Below, piece by piece: positions 1 to 10,345 of a DNA stretch of 29,569 bases. The position numbers and the translations under genes are program-made. Under the pieces are notes generated by a model that saw only the letters and a list, made by a program, of their open reading frames with translations, had not been told where the DNA came from and searched no databases. Position 1 is the first letter of the stretch. Every line of letters begins with the position of its first letter. The stretch covers positions 1-29,569 of the forward strand of contig NW_021832949.1 in NCBI RefSeq assembly GCF_006345805.1, written 5' to 3'. Origin of the DNA: Octopus sinensis (Eukaryota).

Positions 1-66
1 GTGCCACACCTGCACAGGTGCCAGAGGGGTCTGGCTTCTGCCACGTTCGGATGTGCTTTTTATGTG
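1..66 (-). mobile_element. Fragment of the RTE-A 3'UTR ~60-bp subrepeat, cut by the window edge
   Basis: GTGCCACACCTGCACAGGTGCCAG...GCCACGTTCGGATGTGCTTTTTATGTG resembles the subrepeat units at 17095-17240 (GTGCCACTGGCACAGGAGCCAG...GCCACATTCGGATGG...TTATGTGCC). Confidence 0.55.
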
Positions 67-319
67 TGGGGGGGTGCAGAATATAGGGGAGCACCAGTGG
101 GGAGGGGGTGGTTCAGAGAAATGATGACAGGTCCTGGCAAGTAGAATGTAGGAATCGAGAGAGGGGTAATGCAGGTGGTTAAAATAGCGTATTGAAGAGG
201 GGGGTCGAAGAGTAGACCCTATAATGGTGGTGGGAAAGCGACATCCGGTATAGATGGAGCAAAATATAGAGATTCCGGTATTGGTGGTGGGGGTGTGGGA
301 GGGCGGGCGCCCGCGCAGT

Positions 320-603
320 GGAGATGAGGTTTTAGGCGGCAGAAAGAAGACAGGATTGAGATGAAATGCTTTCGTGGTGTGAATAGTTTTTGTGAGTGAA
401 GTTTTTATGCTTCATCTAGCAGTTGAGATGAAAGACAACGATAACGCTATTAGATGGGGATACAATAATAATAAAGCTTGCAAAAACAATGAAAAGAGGA
501 ACAGGTCGGGAACTTAGCTGATGTTTTTTCATCCTGCGAAGCGAGTGAATGTAGATATATACCAAGAGAGAGAGAGAGCGAGAGAGAGAGAGGAGAGAGA
601 GAC

Positions 604-636
<33 letters not shown>

Positions 637-1297
637 CGTGAAAACAGAGGGAGAACCGACACCACATAGCGAGAGAGAGAATTGGGAGATGAGGTTTTAG
701 GCGGCAGAAAGAAGACCGGGTTGAGATGAAATGCTTTGCGGTGGTGTGAATACGTTTTTGTGAGTGAAAGTTTTTATGCTTCAGCTAGCATTTGAACGAA
801 GACACGATAACGCTATTAGATGGGGATACAATAATAATAAGGCTTGCAAAAAACATGAAAAGAGGAAACAGGTCGGGACTTAGCTGATGTTTTTTCATCC
901 TGCGGAGCGAGTGAAGGTGTGATATATACCGAGAGAGAGAGAGGGAGAGAGAGATAGAGAGAGAGAGATATAGAGAGAGAGAGAGAGAGAGACAGTGAAA
1001 ACAGAGGGAGAACGACACCACCATAGAGAGAGAGAATTGGGAGATGAGGTTTTGGGCGGCAGAAAGAAGACAGGTTTGAGATGAAATGCTTTTTGCGTGG
1101 TGTGAATAAGTTTTTGTGAGTGAAAGTTTTTATGCTTCAGCTAGCATTTGAGACGAAAGACAACGATAACGCTATTAGATGGGGATACAATAATTAATAA
1201 GGCTTGCAAAAACAATGAAAGAGGAAACAGTCGGGAACTTAGCTGATGTTTTTTCATCCTGCGGAAGCGAGTGAAGTGAGATATATACCGAGAGAGA

Positions 1298-1331
<34 letters not shown>

Positions 1332-1400
1332 CAGTGAAAACAGAGGGAGAACCGAACACACATAGCGAAAGAGAGAATTGGGAGAGAGTTTTAGGCGGCA
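320..1400. repeat. Tandem array of a ~340-365 bp unit (3 full copies plus a 20-bp start of a 4th), each containing a (GA)n tract
   Basis: Unit start GGAGATGAGGTTTTAGGCGGCAGAAAGAAGAC recurs at 320, 685 and 1040, and partially at 1381. Internal blocks such as GCTGATGTTTTTTCATCCTGCG and GTGAAAACAGAGGGAGAAC recur in each copy. Copies differ mostly by 1-nt indels. Confidence 0.95.
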
Positions 1401-1717
1401 TATATATATATATATATTATATATCTATATATCATATATATATATATATAATTATATATATATATTATATATATATATATTATATATATATATAATATAT
1501 ATATATATAATATATATTATATAATATCATCATCATCATCATCAACGGACGCTAAATGATGATGATGATGATGATGATGATGATATTATATATATATATT
1601 ATATATAATTATATATATATATCATATATATATATATCAAATATATATATATATATATCATATATATATATATATATATAAACAAATCAAATTGTGATAA
1701 AATAATTATATATATAA

Positions 1718-1748
<31 letters not shown>

Positions 1749-1996
1749 CATATATATATTATATATAATATATATATATATCATATATATATATATATCA
1801 TATATATATATATATAATATATAATATATATATCATATAAATATACATAATCATATATATATATATATATATATAATCATATATATATATCATATATATA
1901 TATATATATCATATATATATATATATATATATATATCATATATATATATATATATCATATATATACATATATATATATATCATATATATATATATC

Positions 1997-2027
<31 letters not shown>

Positions 2028-2035
2028 GTATATAT
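1401..2035. repeat. Long imperfect (TA)n / (TATATC)n microsatellite containing an (ATC)6-core-(GAT)9 insert
   Basis: Seen directly. The insert lies at 1526-1584. Confidence 0.95.
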
Positions 2036-2039
2036 CAGT

Positions 2040-2322
2040 GAGGATGCATGGCCTAGTGGTTAGGGTGTTTCACTCATGATTGCAAGATTGCGGTTGTGGT
2101 TTCAATTCCTAGACCAGATAGTATGTTGTATTCTTGAGGAAAACATTTCATCTCACATTGCTTTGAGATCACTTCAACACCTGATGCGTGGTATACCATG
2201 CACCTGTTCAGGCAATGTTGATTCAATGGAGGGTGTCAGCTAATGTACACCACATACATTTGATTACTATAGACAGGCCGTTCAGCAAAAGCTGAATGCT
2301 CATATGTCATCTTTCACAAGAG
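2040..2322 (+). mobile_element. tRNA-derived SINE, diverged copy
   Basis: Pol III A box TGGCCTAGTGG (2049-2059) and B-box-like GGTTTCAATTCC (2098-2109). These are followed by a CORE-like TGTATTCTTGAGGAAAACATTTCATCTCACATTGCT segment and a non-tRNA body. No complete cloverleaf. Confidence 0.75.
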
Positions 2323-2330
2323 TGTACATT

Positions 2331-2335
<5 letters not shown>

Positions 2336-2377
<42 letters not shown>

Positions 2378-2390
2378 TACACACACACAT
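2336..2390. repeat. (GT)n/(AC)n microsatellite
   Basis: Seen directly. Confidence 0.95.
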
Positions 2391-2394
2391 ATGT

Positions 2395-3886
2395 ATCATC
2401 ATCATCATCATTGTTTAACATCCATTTTCCGTGGGGGCATGTGTTCAACAATTTAATAGGAGCTACCCAGACTCCAACTGTCTGTAGTGGAATGGTTTGT
2501 ACGATTGGATGCCAACCACTCTACAGAGTATGCTAGGTTCTTTTAGACGAGTGCATTTTACGTGGCACTGACACCTGTAAAGGGCAAGCCTGTATATACA
2601 GATGACAGCAGTTTTACTTGGTTTGATGCATCTTCTCAAGCACAGCAAATTGCCACAACTCCTGATCCCTTGTCATTTCTTCAGTGAGACCCAGCGCCTG
2701 AACATCTTTTCTAATCACTTCATCCCATGTCAACCCGAGTCTACCGCTTCCATATGTTCCTCCAACAATTAGAGCTCAGCACATCTTTATGCAGCTGTCC
2801 TCATTCATACACATGACCAAACTAGCTCAGTCTTCTCTATTGCAAACATCTGATGCCACTATTCCCAGTTTTCTTCTTAAATCATTTACACTCTGTCTAG
2901 CTTCATTTCTTTCAAGCCTTTGCAAGTCCTCTGTAGCCAAAGCCCATGTTTCACTGCCATATAGCATAACTGTATGTACACAAGCATCATACAATCTGCT
3001 TTCCCTCTGAGGGAAAGGCCCTTAGTCACCACTCCACTGCTAACTTGGTCTCCTAGGTAACAGAAGCTATCTACTACTTCTAATGATCCCCACCGAGCTT
3101 TGGAGGGAGCCTACTGCCTGGGCATTTTTTATGCTTATTGTACCCACACATTTTCCACACACAAAGACTATTTTCTCCATCAACTAGACTGTGATACTGC
3201 TACACCACTTATACATCCAAAGCTTGCACTGGATACAATGTATGGAGGTTCTACTAACACCCTTCTTACATACTGAGTAGGGCCATCTCCCAAAAGGGAC
3301 TTGTGATTTGTCTGTTTTCCTACTTACTCGGACTTTGGTTTTTGCTTAATTAACTCTAAGGCCCTTAGATCCCAGGCCTTGCTTCCACACCTGAAATTTC
3401 TTCTCTAGGTCAGGTAGTGATTCAGCTATAAGAACAAGGTCATCAGCATTGAGGAGCTCCCAGGGGCAGCAAGTCTTGAATTCCTCCATTATGGCCCAGA
3501 AGACAATGGTAAACAAGAGAGGGCCGAGAACTAATCTCTGGTGAACTCCTACATGTACACTAAATTCATTGCTACATGTATTGCCAACCTTCAGCCAACT
3601 GGCAGTATCCTTGTACAGCTCTCACTATCATCTATCACTAGCTTCTGCACTAACCACCAGATAAGGAAGTGAGAGATCCAGCTGAATGCTTTCTCCATGT
3701 TGACAAAAATCAAGTACACAGGTTTATATTTGGTGAAATACTTCTCCTGCAGTTGCCTTACCAGCAATATAGCATCAATTGTTCTTCATCTAAGCACAAA
3801 AACAAACTACATCTCATCTACACTAACTCTCTTCCTAATTAGTAGAGCTATAACCTTCTCAGTGACATTCATTACTTGGTCCACAT
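2395..3886 (-). mobile_element. RTE-type LINE family RTE-A, old 5'-truncated copy (RT C-terminal half, 3'UTR, (GAT)n tail)
   Basis: Minus strand gives VDQVMNVTEKVIALLIRKRVSVDEM, VRQLQEKY...FVNMEKAF and EEFKTCCPWELLNADDLVL (decayed YADD motif). It ends in ...GGATGTTAAACAATGATGATGATGAT. Homologous to 20800-22712. Confidence 0.9.
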
Positions 3887-3904
3887 TGGTATGTATACAC
3901 ACAT

Positions 3905-3949
<45 letters not shown>

Positions 3950-3956
3950 TACATAT

Positions 3957-5030
3957 GTGGAAGCAAGGTCTAGAATTGAAGGGCCTTAGAGTCAATCCAG
4001 CAAAAACCAAAGTCTTGGTAAGTAGGATAGCAGACAAATCACATATGCCTTCAGGGAGATGGCCCTGCTCAATCTGTAGGAAAGGCATAGGTAGAAACTC
4101 CATAAAATGTACCCAGTGCAAGCTACAGACACATAAGAGGTGCAGCAAGGTTAACTGGGAAAATAGTTTTTTTTGTGTGGAAGGTGCACAAGTACAATAA
4201 ACACTTAAAATGTACAGAAAAAAGACTCCATCAAATGCCAGAGATATAAGACAGAGGTAGTTGATAGCTTCTGTTATGTACATTACCAAGTCAGCAGCAG
4301 AGATGGATGCTCCAAGAGTGTAGCTGCGAGAATAAGATTAGGCTGGGCAATGTTTAGAGAGCTCCTACCTTTGCTGGCAACAAAAGGCCACTCCCTTAGA
4401 GAGAAAGGCAGACTGTACAATGCAAGTGTGTGAATAGCTATGCTAGACAGAAGTGAAATATGAGCTGTGATCACCAAGGACATGCATAGGCTTGAAAGAA
4501 ATAAAGCTAACATGTTTTGCTGGATGTGCAATGTTAGTGTACATATACGACAGAGTGTGTCGTGAGGGAAAAGTTGGGCATAAGAGGCAACAGATGTGGT
4601 GTTTAAGAGACACAATTGTACTGGTATGGTCATGTGATGCATATGGATGAAGACAGTTGCATAAAGAAGTGTTGATTTCTAACTGTGGAGGGAACCTGTG
4701 GAAGAGGTAAACCCAAGAAGACAGGGGAGGTGGTGAAACATGATCTTCAAATGTTGGGCCTCATGGAGGCAGTGACCAGTGACCAACACCTTTGGTGATA
4801 TGTCATGCTTGAGAAGACCCGTCAAGCCAAGTGATATCATAGTTATGGAAGATACTGGTGTCACATAACTGGCACCTCTCAGAATGGTTGGCATTAGGAA
4901 GGGCATTCAGCCATAGAAGCCGTGCCAAATCAGACGGAAGTCTAGTATAGCTCCTCAGCTTGCCAGCCCTGGTAAAACCGTCCAACCCGTGCCAGCATGG
5001 ACAATTGACTTTAAATGATGATGATTATGA
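3957..5030 (+). mobile_element. RTE-A, old 5'-truncated copy (PHD insert, RT end, 3'UTR, tail)
   Basis: WKQGLELKGLRVNPAKTKVLVSR...GRWPCSICRKGIGRNSIKCTQCKLQTHKRC. The 3' end CCGTCCAACCCGTGCCAGCATGG...AAATGATGATGAT matches the RTE-A terminus. It is preceded by a (CA)n tract at 3895-3955. Confidence 0.9.
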
Positions 5031-5075
5031 TATATATATATATATATATAAATGTATGTATGTATGTGTGTATAT

Positions 5076-5117
<42 letters not shown>
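5031..5117. repeat. (TA)n/(TATG)n microsatellite
   Basis: Seen directly. Confidence 0.95.
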
Positions 5118-5120
<3 letters not shown>

Positions 5121-5285
5121 TAGTGAGCAAAAAAAGAGAACAATTAATATTTTTTTTAATTTTGAAAAGCTAGTAAATGTACAAATTCGCAATTGGTTCT
5201 GTAAATACGGTTAACTACCAGCTAAATTCTGTGAAAAATCCTAAGTTTGTAGAATGGTCTTAATAAAAGTTATTAACACTAATAC

Positions 5286-5711
5286 GTCTTCTTCTTACAG
5301 CATTCACCCGGGGTGGGTTGAGCTGGCTTCATTCATCCTCAATGCTGCATCTCTCACAAACGCCGATCGGGCCTGGCGATTTGAGGCTAACGACCGCGTG
5401 ATCTCCAACCACTCCTTATTCCAGCAGCAAACGCCATAGATATGGGGGCCTAGGTTGGGTTTCAGATCAGCCTTGACACTCATCAGCCAGGTTTTTCGTT
5501 GTCCACCACATCGCTTTCACCAACCCTGAAGGGGAGCTGGGGCAATTGCTTCGTAGATGAATTCTCCTGGTTGACGACGGAGGGCATGACCCAGCCAACG
5601 CAGACGTCTCGTTAGGATGACTTGTCGGGGGGAGGTGATTCTGCACTGGTGTCACACCGAATTGTTGGAGACAAAGTGATGCCATCAGACACAAAGGATG
5701 CAGCGTAGACA
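5286..5711 (-). mobile_element. 3' fragment of a different RTE-clade LINE (RTE-C) with an 8-bp target-site duplication
   Basis: Minus strand RRLRWLGH...KRCGGQRKTW...SNRQAWRS is typical of the post-RT region of RTE elements. It ends CCACCCCGGGTGAATGCTGTAAGAAGAAGAC. ACTAATAC flanks it at 5278-5285 and 5712-5719. Confidence 0.8.
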
Positions 5712-5836
5712 ACTAATACTAGTTTCATCCAAATGTTTCATGTGCAAGATAAGAAGACAATCAAACTGGAAAATGCTTCAATTAACTCAAACCCATAATA
5801 ATGATTGAAAGAAATGTAAATATGAACTTAATACAC

Positions 5837-6858
5837 TTAGTATGATGTTTGTAGACCTTTGTTGGAGATCACCTCTGCACATCGATTGACACAGGACATA
5901 ACAAGTTTCCTGCATAAGTCAGATGTTACTTTCTTCCATTCCTCTTCTAATATCTCCCATAAATTTATTGTAGTAGTTGGTGCACTTTGTGTTACTTTGT
6001 CTCCAAGTATCTTCCAAAGGTTTTCAATTGGATTTAAGTCTGGACTTTGTACTGGCCACTTCATTACTTAGATGTTTTGTTCACTAAAGAATCCAGTGAC
6101 ATGCTTTGCAATATAATAAGGAGTGTGATCTTGCATGAGAATACACAGTTGATTCAGAAATGCTTGTAATGATGGGATCACATGCTGTTTAACCAAATTC
6201 AAATACATATTAGCAATAATAGTCCCTTTAATCTGCACTAGAGGGCCAATTCCTTTGGAAGAAATCATTCCCCACACCATGACATTTCCTCCTTCAAACT
6301 TGGCAGATTTCTTCAGGCACTTGGATTTTAGCTGATCTCCTGCAAAACGTCTAACATACTGTCTACCATCTGAACCTACTAAATTGAATTTGCTTTCATT
6401 GCTAAAATGAACTTTTGATCAATTTTCATTCCTCAAGTTCATCAGATTCTGCAAATAAAAGTCTTTCCAATTTTTTCTTCTTGCTGATGATAGGTTTTGT
6501 TGCTGGGGAACAAGTTGTTAATCCAAATTTCTTCAGACGACAAGACACTGTAAAGCAGCTCACTTCCCTACCATTATTTACTTTTATTTTCTTAGAAATT
6601 CCAGTCGCAGTCTTGAAAGGATCCTTCAATATATACCATTTCATGGTTCGATCATCTCACATGGTGGTTTTGCAATGGTCTACCAGTTGCCTTTTTCAGC
6701 TCAAAACCTTTAGTTTCTTCATAGACCTTAAGAACACGTGAAACTACACTCTTAGATCTCCTTATGTCTCGAGAAATAGCCAAGAGAGTCATTCCTGAAA
6801 CTTTCATCCTGACAATTTCTTTTTGGAGGTTGAGAGTAACTTTAGCATGGTGTGCCAT
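5837..6858 (-). pseudogene. Tc1-family DD34E transposase pseudogene
   Basis: N-terminal HTH (EIVRMKVSGMTLLAISRDIRRSKSVVSRVL...GRP), a second HTH and FSNESKF (first catalytic D mutated to N). Then VMVWGMIS..GIGPL, MQDH (second D) and WPVQSPDLNPIENLW (E). Split by frameshifts and stops. Confidence 0.92.
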
Positions 6859-6926
6859 GTTTGGAAGCTAGCACAAAACTGAGACGGTAGTAATGTTGAG
6901 CCTGCAAATCCAAAATGCTATTATTA

Positions 6927-7092
6927 CTGATGGCAACAAAGGTCTTCTCTCTCAGAGTGAGGGGAAGATGGTGTGTCACTTGTATTAGAAGTGTAATTTT
7001 GTATGATAGCAAAGTGAGGGATGTGAAAACAGGAGACTTGTGAAGACTAGAAAGAAATGAAGCCAGCATGCTCAGGTGAATGTGTAATGCCA
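6927..7092 (+). mobile_element. RTE-A internal fragment
   Basis: CTGATGGCAACAAAGGTCTTCTCTCTCAGAGTGAGGGG...AGAAATGAAGCCAGCATGCTCAGGTGAATGTGTAATG aligns with 21764-21930 (LVTKGLSLRVKG...RNEASMLRW). Confidence 0.75.
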
Positions 7093-7104
7093 GAATGCAA
7101 CATG

Positions 7105-7596
7105 AACAACAACAATCACCATTACCATCATCATTTAGCGTCTACTTTCCAAGCTGGTGTGGGTTAGATGGTTTGGCAGGGATTGGTAAGCCAGAGAGCT
7201 GTACCAGACTCCAGTCTGATTTAGCTTGGTTTCTACAGCTGGATGCCCTTCGTAATGTCAACCACTCCAAAGGTTTAGTGGGTGCCTTTATATGTCACCC
7301 GCACAGGTGCTTTTTATGTGTCACCAGCACTAGCCATGACTACGATGTTACTCAGCTTGACATTTCTTCTCAAGCACAGTAAATCATGAAAAGTCTCAAT
7401 CACTTGTCATCAACTCTGTGAGACTCAACATCTGAAGATCATACTTCACCACTTCATCTCATGTTGTCCTGAGTCTACCTCTTCCACAGGTTCTCACAAT
7501 AGTTAGAGATTGGCACTTTTTTATGCGGCTGTCCTCATCCATATGCATCACATGACCACACAAGCATAGTCTTCTCTCTTACATACAGATGATGCC
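7105..7596 (-). mobile_element. RTE-A 3' fragment, old
   Basis: CATCATCATTTAGCGTCTACTTTCC...TTTCTACAGCTGGATGCCCTT...CATCACATGACCA matches the reverse complement of the RTE-A 3' end (21990-22712). Confidence 0.85.
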
Positions 7597-7856
7597 TATT
7601 ATGTCCAATTTTTTTTCTCATCAGCCTAAAGCTAGGTCAAATTTTGACAGCATTATAACCAACCAAACCTCTTAAATCAAAAGCATTTTTTATTTCAAAC
7701 TCACTTTTGTGAACTATTTTAATGCTATTAAGTTTAAATACCTAATTAATTTCATATTTTATTTTATGCATAACTAGGATCAATTTCATTAAACAGATAA
7801 ACAAAATTAAACTTTAAGCTATAAGAATCTATTAAAGATATGATAATATTACTTAC

Positions 7857-8022
7857 CACCTTTTTCATATGAAACGAAGTAAACTGTTAAAACACCTTTT
7901 ACAGCTTCAACAGAAAGTGGTCGGTTTTGAGTACCACAAAATGTGCCAAGTAACAGTCCGTTGTTCCTTGAACTACCATTAACAAAGTCTGGGATTCCAT
8001 CATAGACATAAATAAAATCATC
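7857..8022 (-). CDS. MEGF8: Internal coding exon (166 nt, phase 0 in, phase 1 out) encoding part of a CUB domain; likely the second CUB domain of multiple EGF-like-domains protein 8
   Basis: Acceptor ATATTTTCAG| (8032-8023) and donor |GTAAGT (7856-7851). The open frame reads DDFIYVYDGIPDFVNGSSRNNGLLLGTFCGTQNRPLSVEAVKGVLTVYFVSYEKG, with CUB motifs Y.YDG and LG.FCG. It matches my recollection of human MEGF8 CUB2 (DGFPRF...FCG...RPLTVQALSGLL). Not in the ORF track because it has no ATG. Confidence 0.82.
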
Positions 8023-9037
8023 CTGAAAATATGGAGTGAACTATATAGTACATGAATTTAAAAAAAAAAACCTTACTAATATTTCAAAATAAGAAATATG
8101 AAAAAAATCTTGCATACACATAATGTAGAGTACAATCGAAGGATAACAATGAATATAATTGCCACAAACACATCACATTTTTCGACCATTTCAAAGAAAA
8201 CTGAAATGTTATCGAAATTAACTTTTCAGTAAAACTAATTTTATTTGTATGAATTCAGTTTAACACTTTCAATATTTATTACTTTCGTTATTATTTATAA
8301 GCAAAACAAATTAATCCAGAAATGAGTTTACATTGCTAATAGGAACTTCATATAACACAGAAGTACATCACTGTCCAAAGCTTTTAGGTTTCATTATTAT
8401 ACAACGCATTTTTATTAGTTAAACTGTTGAGAAAAGACAATACTATCCTCAATGTAGGGTTGCCCAGGCTGGTGACATTAATATGGTTTATATTCAGCAT
8501 GTGCAGATGTGGGTTATGTCTATAACAAGTGCAGTAGGAAAGAAATTCTGGAGAGACAGTGGTAAAAAGCAAAGGAGTGGAGAGAGATAAAAGAGGAAGG
8601 TAAATAAGAAAAAGTAAGATAAATATAGCATATACACCCATAACCTATTTTTTCATCTTCGATCTCAATTGTTGTTTACATTAGACATATTTGGATACAA
8701 AACATCACAACAAATCAGTGCTGGCTATAATTTCTATGCAAAATCTGTAGAGATAACCTTAACAAATGATTTAATATCACTGCTAACACAGAAGAACATA
8801 ATATTGACTTATAAAATATTTAATATACTTTGTAGTATATTATGGTTGCATAATGAAATACAGTATCTCTACAAGTCAGTAATAATTAGTGTTGGTATGA
8901 AAGAACATAGTCAGTATTGCCCAAAGCAATCACAGTCTCAAAATCCCCATAGAATATTTACTGTAGACTGCAACTTGGTACAACATTAAAATAAGCAGCC
9001 TCATACATACATATCAAAACAAATAAACAGACAGATA

Positions 9038-10336
9038 AGAGGTGGTATCAAAATGTTCCAGGACTAGTTATGTTTAATAAAAAATAACTTATTTACCTAA
9101 GTTTTAACATCATCTCCTTCAAAATAGCCAGTTGGCACAGCAATACGCTAATCCCAATGTTCCTGCCACTTTTGGAATCTGGCCTAGAAGTCATATTCTG
9201 TAAGCAGGTCGAGGACTTTCTGTGTTTCAATCTGGATCTAAACAACGGTGTTAAAACAGTAACTTTTTAGCTGCATTTTCATCTTGGGGAAGTCATGGAA
9301 TTCTGCAGGTACTAAATTTAGTGAATAGAACAGGTTCAGAAGCAAGACCATGTGTTTTTGGTGAGAAACTCACAAGTGAGGAGAACTCAGTAACAGGGTG
9401 CATTGATATCATGAAGAATCTAATTCTTCGCACTCCACAGATCAAGTCACATCACTGAATGTCCTTCTTTAAATGCTTCAAAATGTCGCAGTAAATCTCT
9501 CAATTGATGGTCTTGCCCTGGGGGATGAATACTTGATGCCCAATACTGCAGATGTCAAGAAAAATGAATGAGCATGCTCTTGATCAAGTTGCAACTCTGT
9601 CATGCCTTCTTCAAACACGGAGATGAAGGCCTCTTCCATTGTGACAACTGCTGCTTCATCTCAGGGTCATACCTGTAAGCCCAACTCTCGTTACTAGTGA
9701 TGATCTCCAACATGAAGGATAAGTCATCAGCAGCATGCTGATGGAGATCTTGACAGACTTTGACAATCATTCTGCTCAGTGGTCAGCAGGAAGGGGACAA
9801 ACATCACGTGTTCAATTCAGACATTAGGATTGCCTGCATAGACCTATGTGACAAACTAACACGACCAATGTCACTGACCATCCCCCAACAATCCTCTTGC
9901 ACAAACTGATGAATTTTCTCCACATTTCCAAGAGTGAAGCTCATGGCAGCTCTTCCAAATTTCTCATCACCTTCCAGGTATGTTCTCCTGCTTTTGAAGT
10001 GGTCATACCACTCGAAACATTGCATACGACCTATTGCCTCATCACTGTAAGCTTGCTGAAGCATGCTCACTGTCTCTGTAGCAGACGCTCCAAGTTTAAT
10101 GCAAAATTTCATGATAGCTCTTTATTCCAACTTCCTGTCCATGACAAAATCGCAGATTACAGCATATATGTGATTAAAAAAACACAAATTTCACAACTTG
10201 CAAAGTAAACACAGTGATGTTACTTGGCACACTGCCTCATGAAGGTCACTGCTAGCTCTCACTGTGCACACAACCATGTGTTACCATAAGTTAGTGTGCT
10301 ACAGAGCTAGTCCAAAAACTTTTTGATACCCCCTCA
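9038..10336 (-). mobile_element. Full-length (~1.3 kb) decayed mariner element with both TIRs
   Basis: Left GAGGTGGTATCAAAATGTTCCAGGACTAGTTATGT versus reverse complement of the right end GAGGGGGTATCAAAAAGTTTTTGGACTAGCTCTGT. TA at 9036-9037. The 1299-bp length is typical of mariner. Confidence 0.88.
9097..10142 (-). pseudogene. Mariner (Mos1/SETMAR-like) transposase pseudogene
   Basis: MDRKLE*RAIMKFCIKLGASATETVSMLQQAYSDEAIGRMQCFEW.. (mariner HTH), IITSNESWAYRYDPEMKQQLSQW (decayed ITGDE.W..YDP) and C-terminal GYFEGD. Many stops and frameshifts. Confidence 0.9.
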
Positions 10337-10345
10337 CATAGAAAT

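Larger units (their letters stand above)
5118..6900 (-). mobile_element. Tc1-like DNA transposon remnant with only one putative TIR, interrupted by an RTE fragment
   Basis: Transposase remnants at 5837-6858. TA|CAGTAGTGAGCAAAAAAAG at 5116-5136 resembles a Tc1 terminus after a TA target. The partner TIR was not found. Confidence 0.7.

Noticed and set aside
320-1400. CRISPR-like or prokaryotic repeat array
   Set aside because: Units are ~355 bp with no variable spacers, and the context is eukaryotic.
416-1784. Track ORFs rich in SLSLSL or IYIYIY (also at 4955-5214, 10323-10963, 12016-12475 and 27507-27757)
   Set aside because: They are translations of (GA)n, (TA)n, (TG)n and (GATA)n microsatellites, with no domain signal.
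2040-2115. tRNA gene
   Set aside because: It has A and B boxes but no complete cloverleaf, and it continues into a SINE body, so it was called a SINE head.
6927-7596. Opposite-orientation RTE-A fragments as a twin-priming 5' inversion
   Set aside because: The inverted piece lies beyond the 3' tail rather than at the 5' end, so the geometry does not fit. Two insertions or a later rearrangement is more likely.
7606-7628. Possible second Tc1 TIR (CCAATTTTTTTTCTCATCAGCC)
   Set aside because: It shares only TGAG plus an A-run with the 5118 terminus and lacks the CAGT/TA end.
8384-8641. 85-aa minus-strand ORF with a pyrimidine tract and CAG near 8549, as a possible upstream MEGF8 exon
   Set aside because: None of the frames resembles the expected preceding CUB or laminin-EGF sequence, and no suitable donor occurs before the stops.
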